DNA of 64,000 nt from the NCBI GenBank assembly GCA_965218065.1, contig OZ244589.1, positions 2,495,127 to 2,559,126 of the forward strand. The letters run 5' to 3'. The notes beneath the pieces were generated by a model that saw only the letters and a program-made list of their open reading frames with translations, had not been told where the DNA came from and ran no database searches. The translations under genes were made by a program, and so were the position numbers. The stretch comes from Flavobacteriaceae bacterium (lineage in GTDB: Bacteria; Bacteroidota; Bacteroidia; Flavobacteriales; Flavobacteriaceae). Positions 1 through 10,693 of the stretch are shown here, piece after piece; the first letter of the stretch is position 1; every line of letters starts with the position of its first letter.

Positions 1-3000
1 ATCTTAAAAATAGATGCTTCTATGTCACTTTTATCTTGTTTGTTGTTTTGTGCATTAAAATGTGTTCCATTTGTATGGATCACTTTTTTCTGCGTATTCT
101 CTTGTAATGCTTTAAAATCTATCTTACCATTAGGTAATTTTGGGATTTCTACTACGTCATATATAAAAGAAGGAATCATATACTTCGGTAATTCCTGGCT
201 CAACGCTCTTTTCAAGTCATCAACATTTATACTGACATCAGAAACGATTAGTGCATTTAATCGTTCGTCATGTATATCCATTGTGTTCTTATAGGCAACA
301 GCTTGTCTTACTCCAGGATATTTCTGAATTGCCGATTCTATCTCTCCCAATTCCACACGATACCCTCTTATTTTTATTTGAGTATCATTTCTCCCATGAA
401 ATTCAAAATTCCCATCCATTAGCATTCTTCCTACGTCTCCTGTTTTATAAATAATCTTCGAGTCAATATCCTTAGAACCTGGAACGAAAGCATGATCTGT
501 TTGTTCTTTATTCTTCCAATAACCAGTTGCCAGAATATCTCCTCCTATGTACAAATGTCCGGGCACTCCTCTAGGTACTAATTGCAGATCATCATCCAGT
601 ACATACATCGCACTGTTATAAATAGGCCTTCCTATAGGTACATTACCATATTCTGAATGCTCTTCGCATCTGTGATGTGCCATAAAAATACTAGCCTCCG
701 TCGGTCCATATAAGTTATGTAGAGATCCTTGAAATTGTCGTGCTACTTCGTTTTTAAGATCGATAGGCAACTTTTCTCCTCCGCAAAACACTTTTTCTAA
801 AGAACGCACCGATGAAAACATATTCGCTTCTTGAAATAAGCGTAGACCAGAAGGTACGAATTGCGTAATAGTAATCTTGTACTCATTGATAATGGACGCA
901 ATCTGTTCAGGAGATTCCATATCGGATCTTTTCTTAAGTACAACCGTTCCTCCAGAAATTAAAGGCAAGAACAACTCCCACACCGAAATATCAAAACTAA
1001 TGGATGTTTTTGCCAGTATTTTAGATGTTGAATCAACATTAAAAGCATTTCGCATCCATAACAGGTAGTTTGCTACACCTTTATTGGGGACCATTACGCC
1101 CTTTGGTTTACCAGTAGATCCAGACGTGTAGATCAAATACAACAGATCTTCTTCTGCTACCCTAACATCATTCATTTTTTGACCTGTTGTCTTTTGAATT
1201 TCATCAACACAAACAATTTGTATCGTATCTTTTAAAAAGTCTATAGATTGATCAGAAGTAGTTAGTACACAACTCGTTTCTGCATGCTCAATAATATACT
1301 TGGTTCGATCGAACGGATATGTCGGATCTAAAGGTATATAAGGAATTCCTAACGCTGACATTGCTAACATAGCAACAATCATTTCTGGCGTATGATCCAT
1401 ATAGATCGCTGTTGGATTCTCCTTATTAAGTGCTACTTTCTGCAAGTATGCTATTGTACTGCCTACTTTTTCGATAAGCTGCTTGTAGGTCAAAACCGTA
1501 TCATAATATTGCACTGCAACCGCTTCTTGATGCTCATGACACGCCTTTTGAAACAGATCGAACAAAGTGAGTTTTGAATTAAAATTTATACTAGGTCCTG
1601 CGCCATTTCGTAAGATCATTTCCTTCTCTGACTTCCATATTTTAGGCGTACTTCCTATTTCGGCAGTAAAATCGTGAAGAACATCGTACAATGTCTGTTT
1701 TACTATTCGAACCATTTGTAATGCAAATGCTTCATTGGTTATACCTTTATCATAGGTTAGCTTCAGTGTAATTTCATCAGTATTATCAAAGCATTCGAAT
1801 TGTAGATCACATTTTGCGTTTCCGTTCGAAACCTCTTTGGTCTGGATGGACAAATCCTCATTATGATACGAGTATCTATCTGTTTGATGGTACGCAAACA
1901 ATAATCTAAAGGCGTTTAACGTAAAATTCACTCCTTCTTTCCGCAAGATCTTCATCAATTCATCTAAAGGGATTTGCTGATGATCCAATATTCGAATAGT
2001 ATCTGATTTAATTTCATTGACCAGCTTATCAAAGGGTTTATTTTTATCGCATTTAGTTCTTACAAAAAGCGTGTTAGAAAGATATCCTATGCTTTTTTGT
2101 TCGGCCTTGGTCAACCTATTTGCAAATGGCATAGCAATTAAATATTCCTCTTGATTACCTATTCGAAATAGTGTTGAGGCAAAAGCACTTAAGAATAACA
2201 TATTCAGTGTAACGTCTTTCTTTGCTGCTAAATGCCGCAATTTTTCTCGTAATCTGCTATCTATGTTAGCAAGCACTGTTCCTGATTCAAAAGAGTGGTA
2301 TTCTTTTGCTTTAAATATCTTCGGTAAACCGTGTATCGCTCTAACATCTTTTAAATATCGTTTCCAGAAACTTATACTCTCTTTATAACCTTCCGATTTT
2401 TCATACATCGCTCTGACCTGAGTAATTTCAGAAAACGATAATGACGGTAGTTGATCTTTATTTGATAAACCATTACTGTAAAAAGTAGCAAGTTGTTGAA
2501 TAAAATTGGGTAAGGATTCTCCATCAAAAATTAGATGATTCACCACAAATCCTAAGACGTATGTATCTTCGTCTACCTTGTATAATTTAGCCTTAAACAA
2601 ATCCCCATCAAAAGTAAATGGAACGGCTGCCATAGCAGAAATACTATCATCAACGAAGCGCTTTCTTTCTGAAAGGAGTATATCTTCTACTGTTTCTACA
2701 ACCAATCTAAAATCCTTCGTTTCTCGATTAAAATAAGGATGCCCATCTTCCACTTTAAGTCGTGCAGAAAGCAATTCGTTATTGTCAATAATATGCTGAA
2801 TTGTCTTTTCAAGTCGCTCTATATGTATTGCTCCTTTAATTGAGATCGAATACGCAATACTATAGGAGGTGTTTTGTGGATTTGCTTGTAGGAAAAAGAA
2901 CAATGCTTTTTGCGGAACGCTCAATTCCATTCTATCTGAACTTGTTTTTTCTAACTTATCAATTGGAGGTTTTCGTAACAATTCAAACGTAAAAGAACTT

Positions 3001-4730
3001 AATAATGCTTGGGGTGTTGGGTCTTTAAAAAAACGTTGGAAACTGATCTTGTGCCCAAATTCTTCCTCTACTTCAATCAACAAAGAGATCATCTTTAGAG
3101 AGTTTCCTCCCAGATCGAAAAAGTCATCATGCAACCCTACACTGTCAACTTGTAACACTTTTTCGAACAGCGCAATTATCTTTTGTTCCTTTTCCGTTGA
3201 TGGATGTATGTACTCCGTTTCCAATTCAGGCCTTGAAAAATTCATCTCAGGTAATTGATTTCTGTCGATCTTTCCATTTGCCAACGTCGGGAATTCATCA
3301 ACGAACACCCATTTTCCAGGAATTGCAACAGACGGTAAAAACTGTAGAAGATATGTCCTTAGTTCACCAATTGTTGGTTTTTGTTGTTCTTCACTTCGTA
3401 CATAGGCGATTACATTCGTTTCAGAAAATAACACCACACTTTTAGCAACGAATGCGTGATTTGTCAATACATTTTCTATCTCTCCCAACTCAATTCTTTG
3501 ACCATTGATCTTTACTTGCTGGTCTTTTCTGCCTAAGAATCGATATTCATTTTCTCCAATTCTAGTAACCACATCTCCCGTATTATATACCTCTACGACA
3601 CCATCATTTTCTGAGGCATAACTAAAAAAGGTTTCTTCCGTTAACTGTTTATTGTTTAAGTAACCATTCGAAATCCCAGGTCCTGATGCGTATAGGAATC
3701 CTTGCTCGCCTACAACAGCTTCATTACCATCTTCTTTTAGCACATAAAACTGCGTATCTGGTAGTGGTCCTCCCATAGAAATATCATCTGATGATTCAAC
3801 CTTCTTAAAACTTAAATTAGCTACCGCTTCCGTAGGTCCATATAGATTCCAAATGGGTAGTTGAGGAAATAATTCTTGCGTCTTTCGAATGAGGTTTTGG
3901 GAAATAGCTTCTCCGGAAAGAAACAATGCTTTTGGCGGATGCAAAACCTGACCATTTTTTCGTTTTGCAAACCATTCTAATGCCAAAGCCCAAACTGATG
4001 GCACACAATAGAGTCCAAATTCCGGTTGCTTGGTATACCACTGAAACAATTTTTCAGGATCGTTCAACAGGTCAGAAACAATATGCAAAGTTTCTCCAGC
4101 TGAAAGACAAGAGAAAATTTGAGATACAGCCGCTGCAAAATTGATATCGGAGGTTAATGGTAATTTATTCTGTATGGTTGTTTTAAAAAATTCTTGTGTC
4201 CAAGAAGTATAATAGGATAAGTTCTTATGATGTATTTTCACACCTTTAGGAACACCAGTAGATCCAGAGGTAAAAAGAACATAGGCCAGATCTTCTTCAT
4301 CTGCACTTACATCCGTTGTTGAAATCTGCATTGAAAAATCGAATGTATCATATACCAAACATTTATTTATCAACGAACCAACAATACTTGCATGCGCCGA
4401 ATCGGAAATCATCAACTTACTTCCGGTATTTTTTACAATATGTGCTATTCTTTCTTTAGGAAAATGAACAGATAGCGGTACATAAGCAGCTCCGGCCTTT
4501 AGTATTCCAAGTATGCTTACAATGAACTCAATACCTGGATCAAGTAATACAGGAACCATATCTCCCTTTTTGAGATTTTGTTCTCTAAGAGTACTAGCTA
4601 CAACATCTATACGTATTCGTAAATCTTGATAGGTGATTTTGGCATTACCGCATACAATTGCAGTTCGCAAAGGATGCAAATTGGCGTTTTCTAAAACGCT
4701 AGATAGTATTGGGGGATACCGTTTCTTCAA
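1..4730 (-). CDS. Non-ribosomal peptide synthetase, 3'-truncated by the window edge (A-PCP-C-A-...)
   Basis: Not in the ORF track because no stop codon lies inside the window. My reverse-strand translation is open from TTG 4730-4728 to position 1. Motifs read: A3 cores AYVLFTSGSTGVPKG (~4286-4242) and YLIYTSGSTGKPKG (~1139-1098); A8 GRKDQQVKINGQRIELGEIE; A10 PTLANGKIDR and LPNGKID; carrier motif FFDLGGNSL (Ser codon 3101-3099); condensation C1 LSVPQKALFF; active site VNHLIFDG (His codon 2537-2535). Confidence 0.9.
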   Translation of the reverse strand, partial: MKKRYPPILSSVLENANLHPLRTAIVCGNAKITYQDLRIRIDVVASTLREQNLKKGDMVPVLLDPGIEFIVSILGILKAGAAYVPLSVHFPKERIAHIVKNTGSKLMISDSAHASIVGSLINKCLVYDTFDFSMQISTTDVSADEEDLAYVLFTSGSTGVPKGVKIHHKNLSYYTSWTQEFFKTTIQNKLPLTSDINFAAAVSQIFSCLSAGETLHIVSDLLNDPEKLFQWYTKQPEFGLYCVPSVWALALEWFAKRKNGQVLHPPKALFLSGEAISQNLIRKTQELFPQLPIWNLYGPTEAVANLSFKKVESSDDISMGGPLPDTQFYVLKEDGNEAVVGEQGFLYASGPGISNGYLNNKQLTEETFFSYASENDGVVEVYNTGDVVTRIGENEYRFLGRKDQQVKINGQRIELGEIENVLTNHAFVAKSVVLFSETNVIAYVRSEEQQKPTIGELRTYLLQFLPSVAIPGKWVFVDEFPTLANGKIDRNQLPEMNFSRPELETEYIHPSTEKEQKIIALFEKVLQVDSVGLHDDFFDLGGNSLKMISLLIEVEEEFGHKISFQRFFKDPTPQALLSSFTFELLRKPPIDKLEKTSSDRMELSVPQKALFFFLQANPQNTSYSIAYSISIKGAIHIERLEKTIQHIIDNNELLSARLKVEDGHPYFNRETKDFRLVVETVEDILLSERKRFVDDSISAMAAVPFTFDGDLFKAKLYKVDEDTYVLGFVVNHLIFDGESLPNFIQQLATFYSNGLSNKDQLPSLSFSEITQVRAMYEKSEGYKESISFWKRYLKDVRAIHGLPKIFKAKEYHSFESGTVLANIDSRLREKLRHLAAKKDVTLNMLFLSAFASTLFRIGNQEEYLIAMPFANRLTKAEQKSIGYLSNTLFVRTKCDKNKPFDKLVNEIKSDTIRILDHQQIPLDELMKILRKEGVNFTLNAFRLLFAYHQTDRYSYHNEDLSIQTKEVSNGNAKCDLQFECFDNTDEITLKLTYDKGITNEAFALQMVRIVKQTLYDVLHDFTAEIGSTPKIWKSEKEMILRNGAGPSINFNSKLTLFDLFQKACHEHQEAVAVQYYDTVLTYKQLIEKVGSTIAYLQKVALNKENPTAIYMDHTPEMIVAMLAMSALGIPYIPLDPTYPFDRTKYIIEHAETSCVLTTSDQSIDFLKDTIQIVCVDEIQKTTGQKMNDVRVAEEDLLYLIYTSGSTGKPKGVMVPNKGVANYLLWMRNAFNVDSTSKILAKTSISFDISVWELFLPLISGGTVVLKKRSDMESPEQIASIINEYKITITQFVPSGLRLFQEANMFSSVRSLEKVFCGGEKLPIDLKNEVARQFQGSLHNLYGPTEASIFMAHHRCEEHSEYGNVPIGRPIYNSAMYVLDDDLQLVPRGVPGHLYIGGDILATGYWKNKEQTDHAFVPGSKDIDSKIIYKTGDVGRMLMDGNFEFHGRNDTQIKIRGYRVELGEIESAIQKYPGVRQAVAYKNTMDIHDERLNALIVSDVSINVDDLKRALSQELPKYMIPSFIYDVVEIPKLPNGKIDFKALQENTQKKVIHTNGTHFNAQNNKQDKSDIEASIFK

Positions 4731-4767
4731 GGCGGTGTTTTTTTTATATTATTTCTTCTTGCAATTA

Positions 4768-6258
4768 TTAAAACAAATTGAGCAATGTAAATTCGTTCAA
4801 TTCTTTCTCATTATTAGGTAATTCGCCTAACTTGAATTTTAGGCTTACATAATTTTTCCATATATCATACTTCAATGCATTCAACGACTTCATCGCCGTA
4901 AAATAATTATCAAAAGAGAGTGTGATATCAATTTGGGTGGAACTACCAAGTTTGAATTTTTCTTTTTCATCCAAATAGTTTTGCCTGGTTAATGCCGCGA
5001 TGTTCTTTGTCTGTTCAAATAGCTCTATTTTCTGCTCTAAAAGTGTAATGTTCAATTTTGCACTTACCACACTTTCAAAAACATATTGATCTAAGAAGGT
5101 TTTTGATCGATCTAACTCCGTTAGTTGCTCTAAATATGCACCTCGTTGTTTTTGGTTACTAATAGGTAAATTATGCGTTAACGAAACTAACACGCTATAT
5201 CCTGGATACGTACTCCTTAATGTATTGCTAAAGTTGTACCCACCATTTTGGATCATTCCAAACCTCGATACTTTTACGTCCAGATCGAGTTGATTCCTCT
5301 TTTGGTTTTTTGCATTTTTTAATAACAGTTCATTCTCATCAACTCTCAGAGCAATACTTTTGTACTGCGGTGTATTTTTAACCAGAGTTTCCAGATTGAA
5401 TTTTCTTTCTGAAATATATTTTATTACTTTTTTCTTGTCAGGATCAGGTATTGCATCCATCAAAAGAGGTACAGAATCTATCACTGCATCTACCTTGTTA
5501 CCCAACAACATTCTCGTGCTATAATACGTTCCTAAAGCATCAAGATTTGCAACTGTGAGCTGTTGTGTTTTTTGCTCTACAAAAGCATCAGCTCGATTCT
5601 TTTCTACTTGAGGAATTAAATCATTTTTCGCCAGGGAATAAATGTACTCATGGTATTTCTTTGCCTCTGCTAGTGTGTTTTGCTCGATCTTAAATTTTTG
5701 AGTGTTTTCTTGCAGGGTCAAATAAGTAAGTAACATATCGTTAAAATAGGTCAGTACCTGATTTGAAAACTGTTCTTTTATGGCTTGCTCATTTATCTTT
5801 GAGGTTTCAATAAATGTATTCGCAGAACTACTCTTCCCCAGATCTCTTAACAAAGGGATTTTCGCTCCAATCCATGCACCAGAGCTATTTAAAATAAAGC
5901 TCTCTTGTATAAGATCCGTTCTTTCTAAACGTGCTCCTGAGTACAGATCAATTCCGAACTTTGTGGGTACCACAAAATTGGTTTGAAAGTACTGGGTTCC
6001 ATTATTGGTAATCGTTGGATCTACACCAGATCCATATACAATTTCAGAATCTAAATAGGGATTTAAAAAACCGTTGGCCCTTAACAAAGTATACGTTGCC
6101 TTGTTTACATTTAAGTTTTCTAATTTGATAGCGTAGTTATTCTTAAAACCTTCGCGAAGTAATTCTTGAAAAGAGATTGCTCTCTTCTGGGCTTTTGACT
6201 GCGTAGTCAAAAACAATGAGATTAATACGATACATATCTTTACTCCTACTTTCATCAT
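4768..6258 (-). CDS. TolC-family outer-membrane efflux protein
   Basis: 496 aa with signal peptide MMKVGVKICIVLISLFLTTQSKAQ. Size and helical/beta pattern fit OEP/TolC proteins. Its ATG overlaps the stop of the upstream ABC gene by 1 nt (TAATG). Confidence 0.75.
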   Translation of the reverse strand: MMKVGVKICIVLISLFLTTQSKAQKRAISFQELLREGFKNNYAIKLENLNVNKATYTLLRANGFLNPYLDSEIVYGSGVDPTITNNGTQYFQTNFVVPTKFGIDLYSGARLERTDLIQESFILNSSGAWIGAKIPLLRDLGKSSSANTFIETSKINEQAIKEQFSNQVLTYFNDMLLTYLTLQENTQKFKIEQNTLAEAKKYHEYIYSLAKNDLIPQVEKNRADAFVEQKTQQLTVANLDALGTYYSTRMLLGNKVDAVIDSVPLLMDAIPDPDKKKVIKYISERKFNLETLVKNTPQYKSIALRVDENELLLKNAKNQKRNQLDLDVKVSRFGMIQNGGYNFSNTLRSTYPGYSVLVSLTHNLPISNQKQRGAYLEQLTELDRSKTFLDQYVFESVVSAKLNITLLEQKIELFEQTKNIAALTRQNYLDEKEKFKLGSSTQIDITLSFDNYFTAMKSLNALKYDIWKNYVSLKFKLGELPNNEKELNEFTLLNLF

Positions 6259-8507
6259 TAACTCATTTGATTCTTAACTAAGTTATAGAAAAATCCTTGC
6301 TTTTTTATCAGTGCATCATAGCTTCCTTTTTCCATGATCTCTCCTTTTTCCAATACTACAATCATATCAGCATCTTTTATGGTACTTAGTCTGTGCGCAA
6401 TGACCACTTTTGTAGCATTCAGTTCATTCAAGTTGTCTGTTACCGTTTTCTGCGTATCATTATCCAGAGCTGATGTTGCTTCATCAAACAAGATAAGCTT
6501 AGGCTTTTTGATCATCGCTCGTGCAATTACAATACGTTGTTGCTGGCCTCCAGAAAGGGTTCCTCCACCTGCCGGAAGGTACGTATTCATTTTATCCTCT
6601 AGATCTTCTATTTCCTGATCACATCCTGCCATTCTTGCTGCCTCCCATGCTTCCTCTTCTGTATAATTAGAGGTCCCTATGATATTATACAGCACAGTAC
6701 CTTCCATGATCTTTCCATTCTGCAACACCACTCCCGTTTGATCACGAATGGTTCTGATATCTAATTCTTTCATATCCATCCCGTTAAATAGAATCGTACC
6801 TTTCTCATATTCTTCAAAACCGAGCAATACTCGAAATAGGGTAGATTTACCTGAGCCTGAGCCTCCAACTATAGCAACAAATTGGCCTTCTTCTATAGTC
6901 AAACTAAGGTCTTTGAGAATTAGCGTATCGGTATCTTTATACTTAAAATGAAGGTTCGATATTTCAATTTTACCCGTTAGTTTTCCAACATCTTTTTTAT
7001 TGTCATAATCTTCCGTTTCGGCCTCTAACAAAGGTCTCAACAATTCTAATGTTGGTTTAATGCTCATTACAGGCACAGTTACCATAAATGCACTGATCAA
7101 TGCTCCTTGAAAACTTAAATAGGCCGAGTTAAAAGCAATAAAATCACCTATACTAAAATTAGAACCGGGTAATGTTAGCAGGTCATAAATACGAATGTAG
7201 ATCAATAGCGTCGCCAAAATGGGGAAGCCATAGGTAAATACAGATGCAACAATGATCAATTTTTGTTTATCTGCATAATGTTTTTTCTGCTGAGAGAATT
7301 TATCTGCCCAAATATTGAATACCTTATCTTCGGAAGCTGTCATTCTCACTTTTTTTATTCCTCCCATCATCATCATCATAAATCCAGAAATAATAGCTTG
7401 CAAACGCATCGTTCCAGCAACATGTTTATAGGCCAACTTACTAATGGTCAATGTAAATCCGGCTACTACTACCCCAAGCAGTAAAGCCAGAATCGTAAGT
7501 TTAACATCATAATAGAACATTAACGCCAAATAGAAAATGGAGAAAATAGCTGCCACTAAAGCGCTCATCACATTTGCCGAGAGAATGGTTCGTATCTTTT
7601 CTATTCCCAAACTTCTTTCTGCCAAATTTCCGGCATCATATTTATTAAAAAACGGCACTTTTAACGATAATATTCTATCCCAAACAGCCGATTGTAATTT
7701 ATAGCTTGACTTCCCTTCGAAACGAAGCACTGCAATAGATTTCGCCAGGTTAAGAACTCCAAGTATTAAGACTAATGTCAGGATCACATACCCTATTTCG
7801 AATAAGCTGTTTTGTTCTCCGCCAGGAATAATCACATTAAAAATATACCCGGACATGATTGGGATAAACAATGACAACAATGCTCCGACAATACCTAAAA
7901 CAAAAAAGAAAACAACATCCTTTTTGGTAAAAGCAAGTGTAAACTTCAACAGTCCTAATTGCGTAATTTTTCCCTTGGGTAAAGGAGAGAAAAAGGAATG
8001 TACCATAGGCTCAATACTATTCGCTATAGAAGTATTTACAACAGTATCCTTTCCTGTTTTTATATTTTTAAGAATGTACTTTTTGTTTTTTCTTACTAAT
8101 GCTACCGGGGAATTGTCTTCCTTTAAGAAGGCAAGTAATGGTCCATGGTCATACTTCCACCACTCTTTTTCCAATCGAATTTTTCTGGATCTAATATTCG
8201 AAGCTCTTAAGATCTTTTTTAACGGACTCCATACTTCTGATGCGTTTTCAAATCCTGCCACGAACTCAATACGCTCTATATCTCCAATAAGTTTACACGT
8301 TTTCAATAATAGAGAATCGTACGATTCTTTCGGATCATAACTGTATTTCGATTTCTTATTGTCTTTTGGGAATAGAACTTCATTCAGCTTAGTATAGCCT
8401 CCATCGTGAGAAAGCTTCCTAAAGAAATAGGAAGTTTTCACCTGTCGAATCGCTTTTTCATAGAAAAGCTTCTTGGAGTCTTTATGTTCTGACGAATTTT
8501 CTCCCAT
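6258..8507 (-). CDS. ABC exporter permease/ATPase, non-peptidase partner of a dual-ABC (NHLP/NHLM-type) export system
   Basis: 749 aa. TM exporter core plus NBD with Walker A GGSGSGKST, signature LSGGQQQR, Walker B ILFDEATSALD and H-loop IAHRLST. A ~190-aa N-terminal extension has no protease catalytic residues. Confidence 0.85.
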   Translation of the reverse strand: MGENSSEHKDSKKLFYEKAIRQVKTSYFFRKLSHDGGYTKLNEVLFPKDNKKSKYSYDPKESYDSLLLKTCKLIGDIERIEFVAGFENASEVWSPLKKILRASNIRSRKIRLEKEWWKYDHGPLLAFLKEDNSPVALVRKNKKYILKNIKTGKDTVVNTSIANSIEPMVHSFFSPLPKGKITQLGLLKFTLAFTKKDVVFFFVLGIVGALLSLFIPIMSGYIFNVIIPGGEQNSLFEIGYVILTLVLILGVLNLAKSIAVLRFEGKSSYKLQSAVWDRILSLKVPFFNKYDAGNLAERSLGIEKIRTILSANVMSALVAAIFSIFYLALMFYYDVKLTILALLLGVVVAGFTLTISKLAYKHVAGTMRLQAIISGFMMMMMGGIKKVRMTASEDKVFNIWADKFSQQKKHYADKQKLIIVASVFTYGFPILATLLIYIRIYDLLTLPGSNFSIGDFIAFNSAYLSFQGALISAFMVTVPVMSIKPTLELLRPLLEAETEDYDNKKDVGKLTGKIEISNLHFKYKDTDTLILKDLSLTIEEGQFVAIVGGSGSGKSTLFRVLLGFEEYEKGTILFNGMDMKELDIRTIRDQTGVVLQNGKIMEGTVLYNIIGTSNYTEEEAWEAARMAGCDQEIEDLEDKMNTYLPAGGGTLSGGQQQRIVIARAMIKKPKLILFDEATSALDNDTQKTVTDNLNELNATKVVIAHRLSTIKDADMIVVLEKGEIMEKGSYDALIKKQGFFYNLVKNQMS

Positions 8508-8513
8508 ATATAC

Positions 8514-10667
8514 TTATGAATTCTGTATCAGGTTATAATACAATCCGCTTGTATCTTTCATTAATTCTTCGTGATTTCCTTGCTGTATCACTTTTCCTTT
8601 TTCTAAGACGATGATCTCATCAAAGTCCTTAATGGTACTTAATCTGTGCGCTATGGTTATCGTAGTACAATTCCTTTTGCGGAAATTGTTCATGACCAAT
8701 TTCTCTGTTTCTGTATCTAATGCTGAAGTAGCTTCATCTAAAAACAAAATGCTCGGATTTGTTATGAGTGCTCTAGCAATTTCTAAACGCTGTCTTTGTC
8801 CACCACTAAAGTTTCTTCCGGCTGGAGCCACCTTTGCCTGATACCCTCCATCTCTTTCCGAAACAACTTCATGTATTTCTGCATCTTTTGCAGAAGCAAT
8901 AACCTCTGCATTTGGAATTGCTCTATTCCACATGGTTATATTATCAGAAATGGTTCCTGTAAAAAAGAAAGTCTCCTGATCTACCATGGACAAAGAATTT
9001 CTTAAGACATCCTTATTGATAGAATTAAGAGGCTTATCATCATAGGTAATTTCTCCTGATAGCGGTGGATATAATCCTGACATTACCTTTAATAGGGTAG
9101 ATTTTCCAGATCCGGAACCACCTACGATGGCAATTCTTTTCCCTGGATGTGCGCTCAAAGAAAAATTTTGGATAATTGGTTCGCTAAACTTGTTATATCC
9201 AAAAGAGATATTTTTTACTTCAAAAGCTCCTGTGAGCTTTGCATTTAGTGGAGTTACTGTGCCAATCGCTTCTCTTGCTTCATTATTACAGAAAGGATCA
9301 ATAGGTTCATCTAGAGAGTCTACCAGATTATTGATATTACCTCTATTTAATTGCATGTTACCGGTAAAATCAACCAGGTTTTTAACCGGGTCTGAGAAGT
9401 TTGCAATAAAACTTTGCAGTGCAATAAACACTCCAATAGTTAGTTCTCCCCGAATGATCAATAACCCTCCTAACAGTAAAATTACCACATTATTTAGTTG
9501 AGAAATAAAGTCGGGTAAAACCGTAAGGATCCTCGAAGTCACCCCTAGTTTCTGATTGTTATTAATAGCTGCTATTAGGTGACTTGACCATAGGGCAAAG
9601 AAATCATTCTCTGCTCCGGAAGCCTTAAGGGTTTCTATCTGTTCTATTCCTGTTGTAGCAATACTAAATGTTGCTTGTTCTTTTTGAAACAAAGCCTGAT
9701 TTAATGCGGTTCTTTTTGCTGAGAAATATCGTAAGGCAAAAATATTTATGAGCATGATGGTTATCCCTACTAAAGATAAGATCCAGTTGTATTTTAACAT
9801 AACGAATCCGTAAAAGAACACCGTTAAAAAACTCAGTATCATAGCGGCAAAATCTCTTGTCAACAAAGTAGCGATAGCATCATTAAGCCCAATTCTCTTT
9901 ACGGTTTCTCCTGTAGGATGATTTTGAAAATATTTATATGGAACTTTGAATATATGCATCACAAATTTGGCTGATTCTACCAAACTTGATTTTAGTTCTA
10001 CACGCAGCAATATCCATTGTTGCAAGTATACCAATAGACATCCAAATATCAGAAAAGCCACTAATGCGGTGAGCATTGGATGAAACCATTGCGACTGGGA
10101 CAACAGAATAATATCGTCAAAGAACAATTTGTTAAGGGAAGGAATGACAATAGCAGGAATCAACAAAATAACGCCGGCAATTAAAACATAGAGCATTCCT
10201 TTAAAATTGGGAGCAACACGTTTCTTTAGTTCATTATAGAAAGAGGAGCTCTCTTGTATTTTTTCAAAATCTTTACCGGGAGAAACTATAAGAGCCCATC
10301 CTCCATACTTTTCATCAAGTTCCTTTTTGGGGATTTTCTCTTTTCCTTTTTCAGGATCATGCACATAGTAATGGTCTTTTCCTGTTTTTACAAGAACGAT
10401 ATACTTTCCTGAATTGGTCTTCAGAATAACCGGAGATGCTTTAGGCAATTGCTCCAACGATTTGGCAGATTGCTCAGCGTTACATCCAAAACGTTCAGCT
10501 GTCTTATGAAGATTTTCGGGAGCTATTTCATCATTACCTACATTACACGCATTTTTAACGGTATTTAGTTTTGGAAAGGAACCATAATACCCCAAAAGCA
10601 TTGCCAAGCAAATTGCTCCGGACTCGCCTTGATTAGATTGTAATAAAACGGGGATTTTCCTCTTCAT
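8514..10667 (-). CDS. C39-peptidase-like-domain ABC exporter (PCAT-type architecture)
   Basis: 717 aa. N-terminal C39-like domain (LLQSNQGESGAICLAMLLGYYG ... GKYIVLVKTGKDHYYVHDP), TM exporter core, and NBD with GGSGSGKST, FSGGQRQR, LFLDEATSALD and IAHRLST. Confidence 0.85.
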   Translation of the reverse strand: MKRKIPVLLQSNQGESGAICLAMLLGYYGSFPKLNTVKNACNVGNDEIAPENLHKTAERFGCNAEQSAKSLEQLPKASPVILKTNSGKYIVLVKTGKDHYYVHDPEKGKEKIPKKELDEKYGGWALIVSPGKDFEKIQESSSFYNELKKRVAPNFKGMLYVLIAGVILLIPAIVIPSLNKLFFDDIILLSQSQWFHPMLTALVAFLIFGCLLVYLQQWILLRVELKSSLVESAKFVMHIFKVPYKYFQNHPTGETVKRIGLNDAIATLLTRDFAAMILSFLTVFFYGFVMLKYNWILSLVGITIMLINIFALRYFSAKRTALNQALFQKEQATFSIATTGIEQIETLKASGAENDFFALWSSHLIAAINNNQKLGVTSRILTVLPDFISQLNNVVILLLGGLLIIRGELTIGVFIALQSFIANFSDPVKNLVDFTGNMQLNRGNINNLVDSLDEPIDPFCNNEAREAIGTVTPLNAKLTGAFEVKNISFGYNKFSEPIIQNFSLSAHPGKRIAIVGGSGSGKSTLLKVMSGLYPPLSGEITYDDKPLNSINKDVLRNSLSMVDQETFFFTGTISDNITMWNRAIPNAEVIASAKDAEIHEVVSERDGGYQAKVAPAGRNFSGGQRQRLEIARALITNPSILFLDEATSALDTETEKLVMNNFRKRNCTTITIAHRLSTIKDFDEIIVLEKGKVIQQGNHEELMKDTSGLYYNLIQNS

Positions 10668-10693
10668 GATACCTAAAATTAAACGTGCTTCTT

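Noticed and set aside
22-4821. About a dozen 60-130-aa plus-strand ORFs in the track (for example 22..294, 2869..3258, 3926..4144, 4633..4821).
   Set aside because: All are antisense to a continuous minus-strand NRPS reading frame with textbook A, PCP and C motifs. Their translations are low-complexity with no recognisable motifs.
6334-9501. Several 67-161-aa plus-strand ORFs across the two ABC genes.
   Set aside because: They are antisense to ORFs that carry complete Walker A and B, signature and H-loop motifs.
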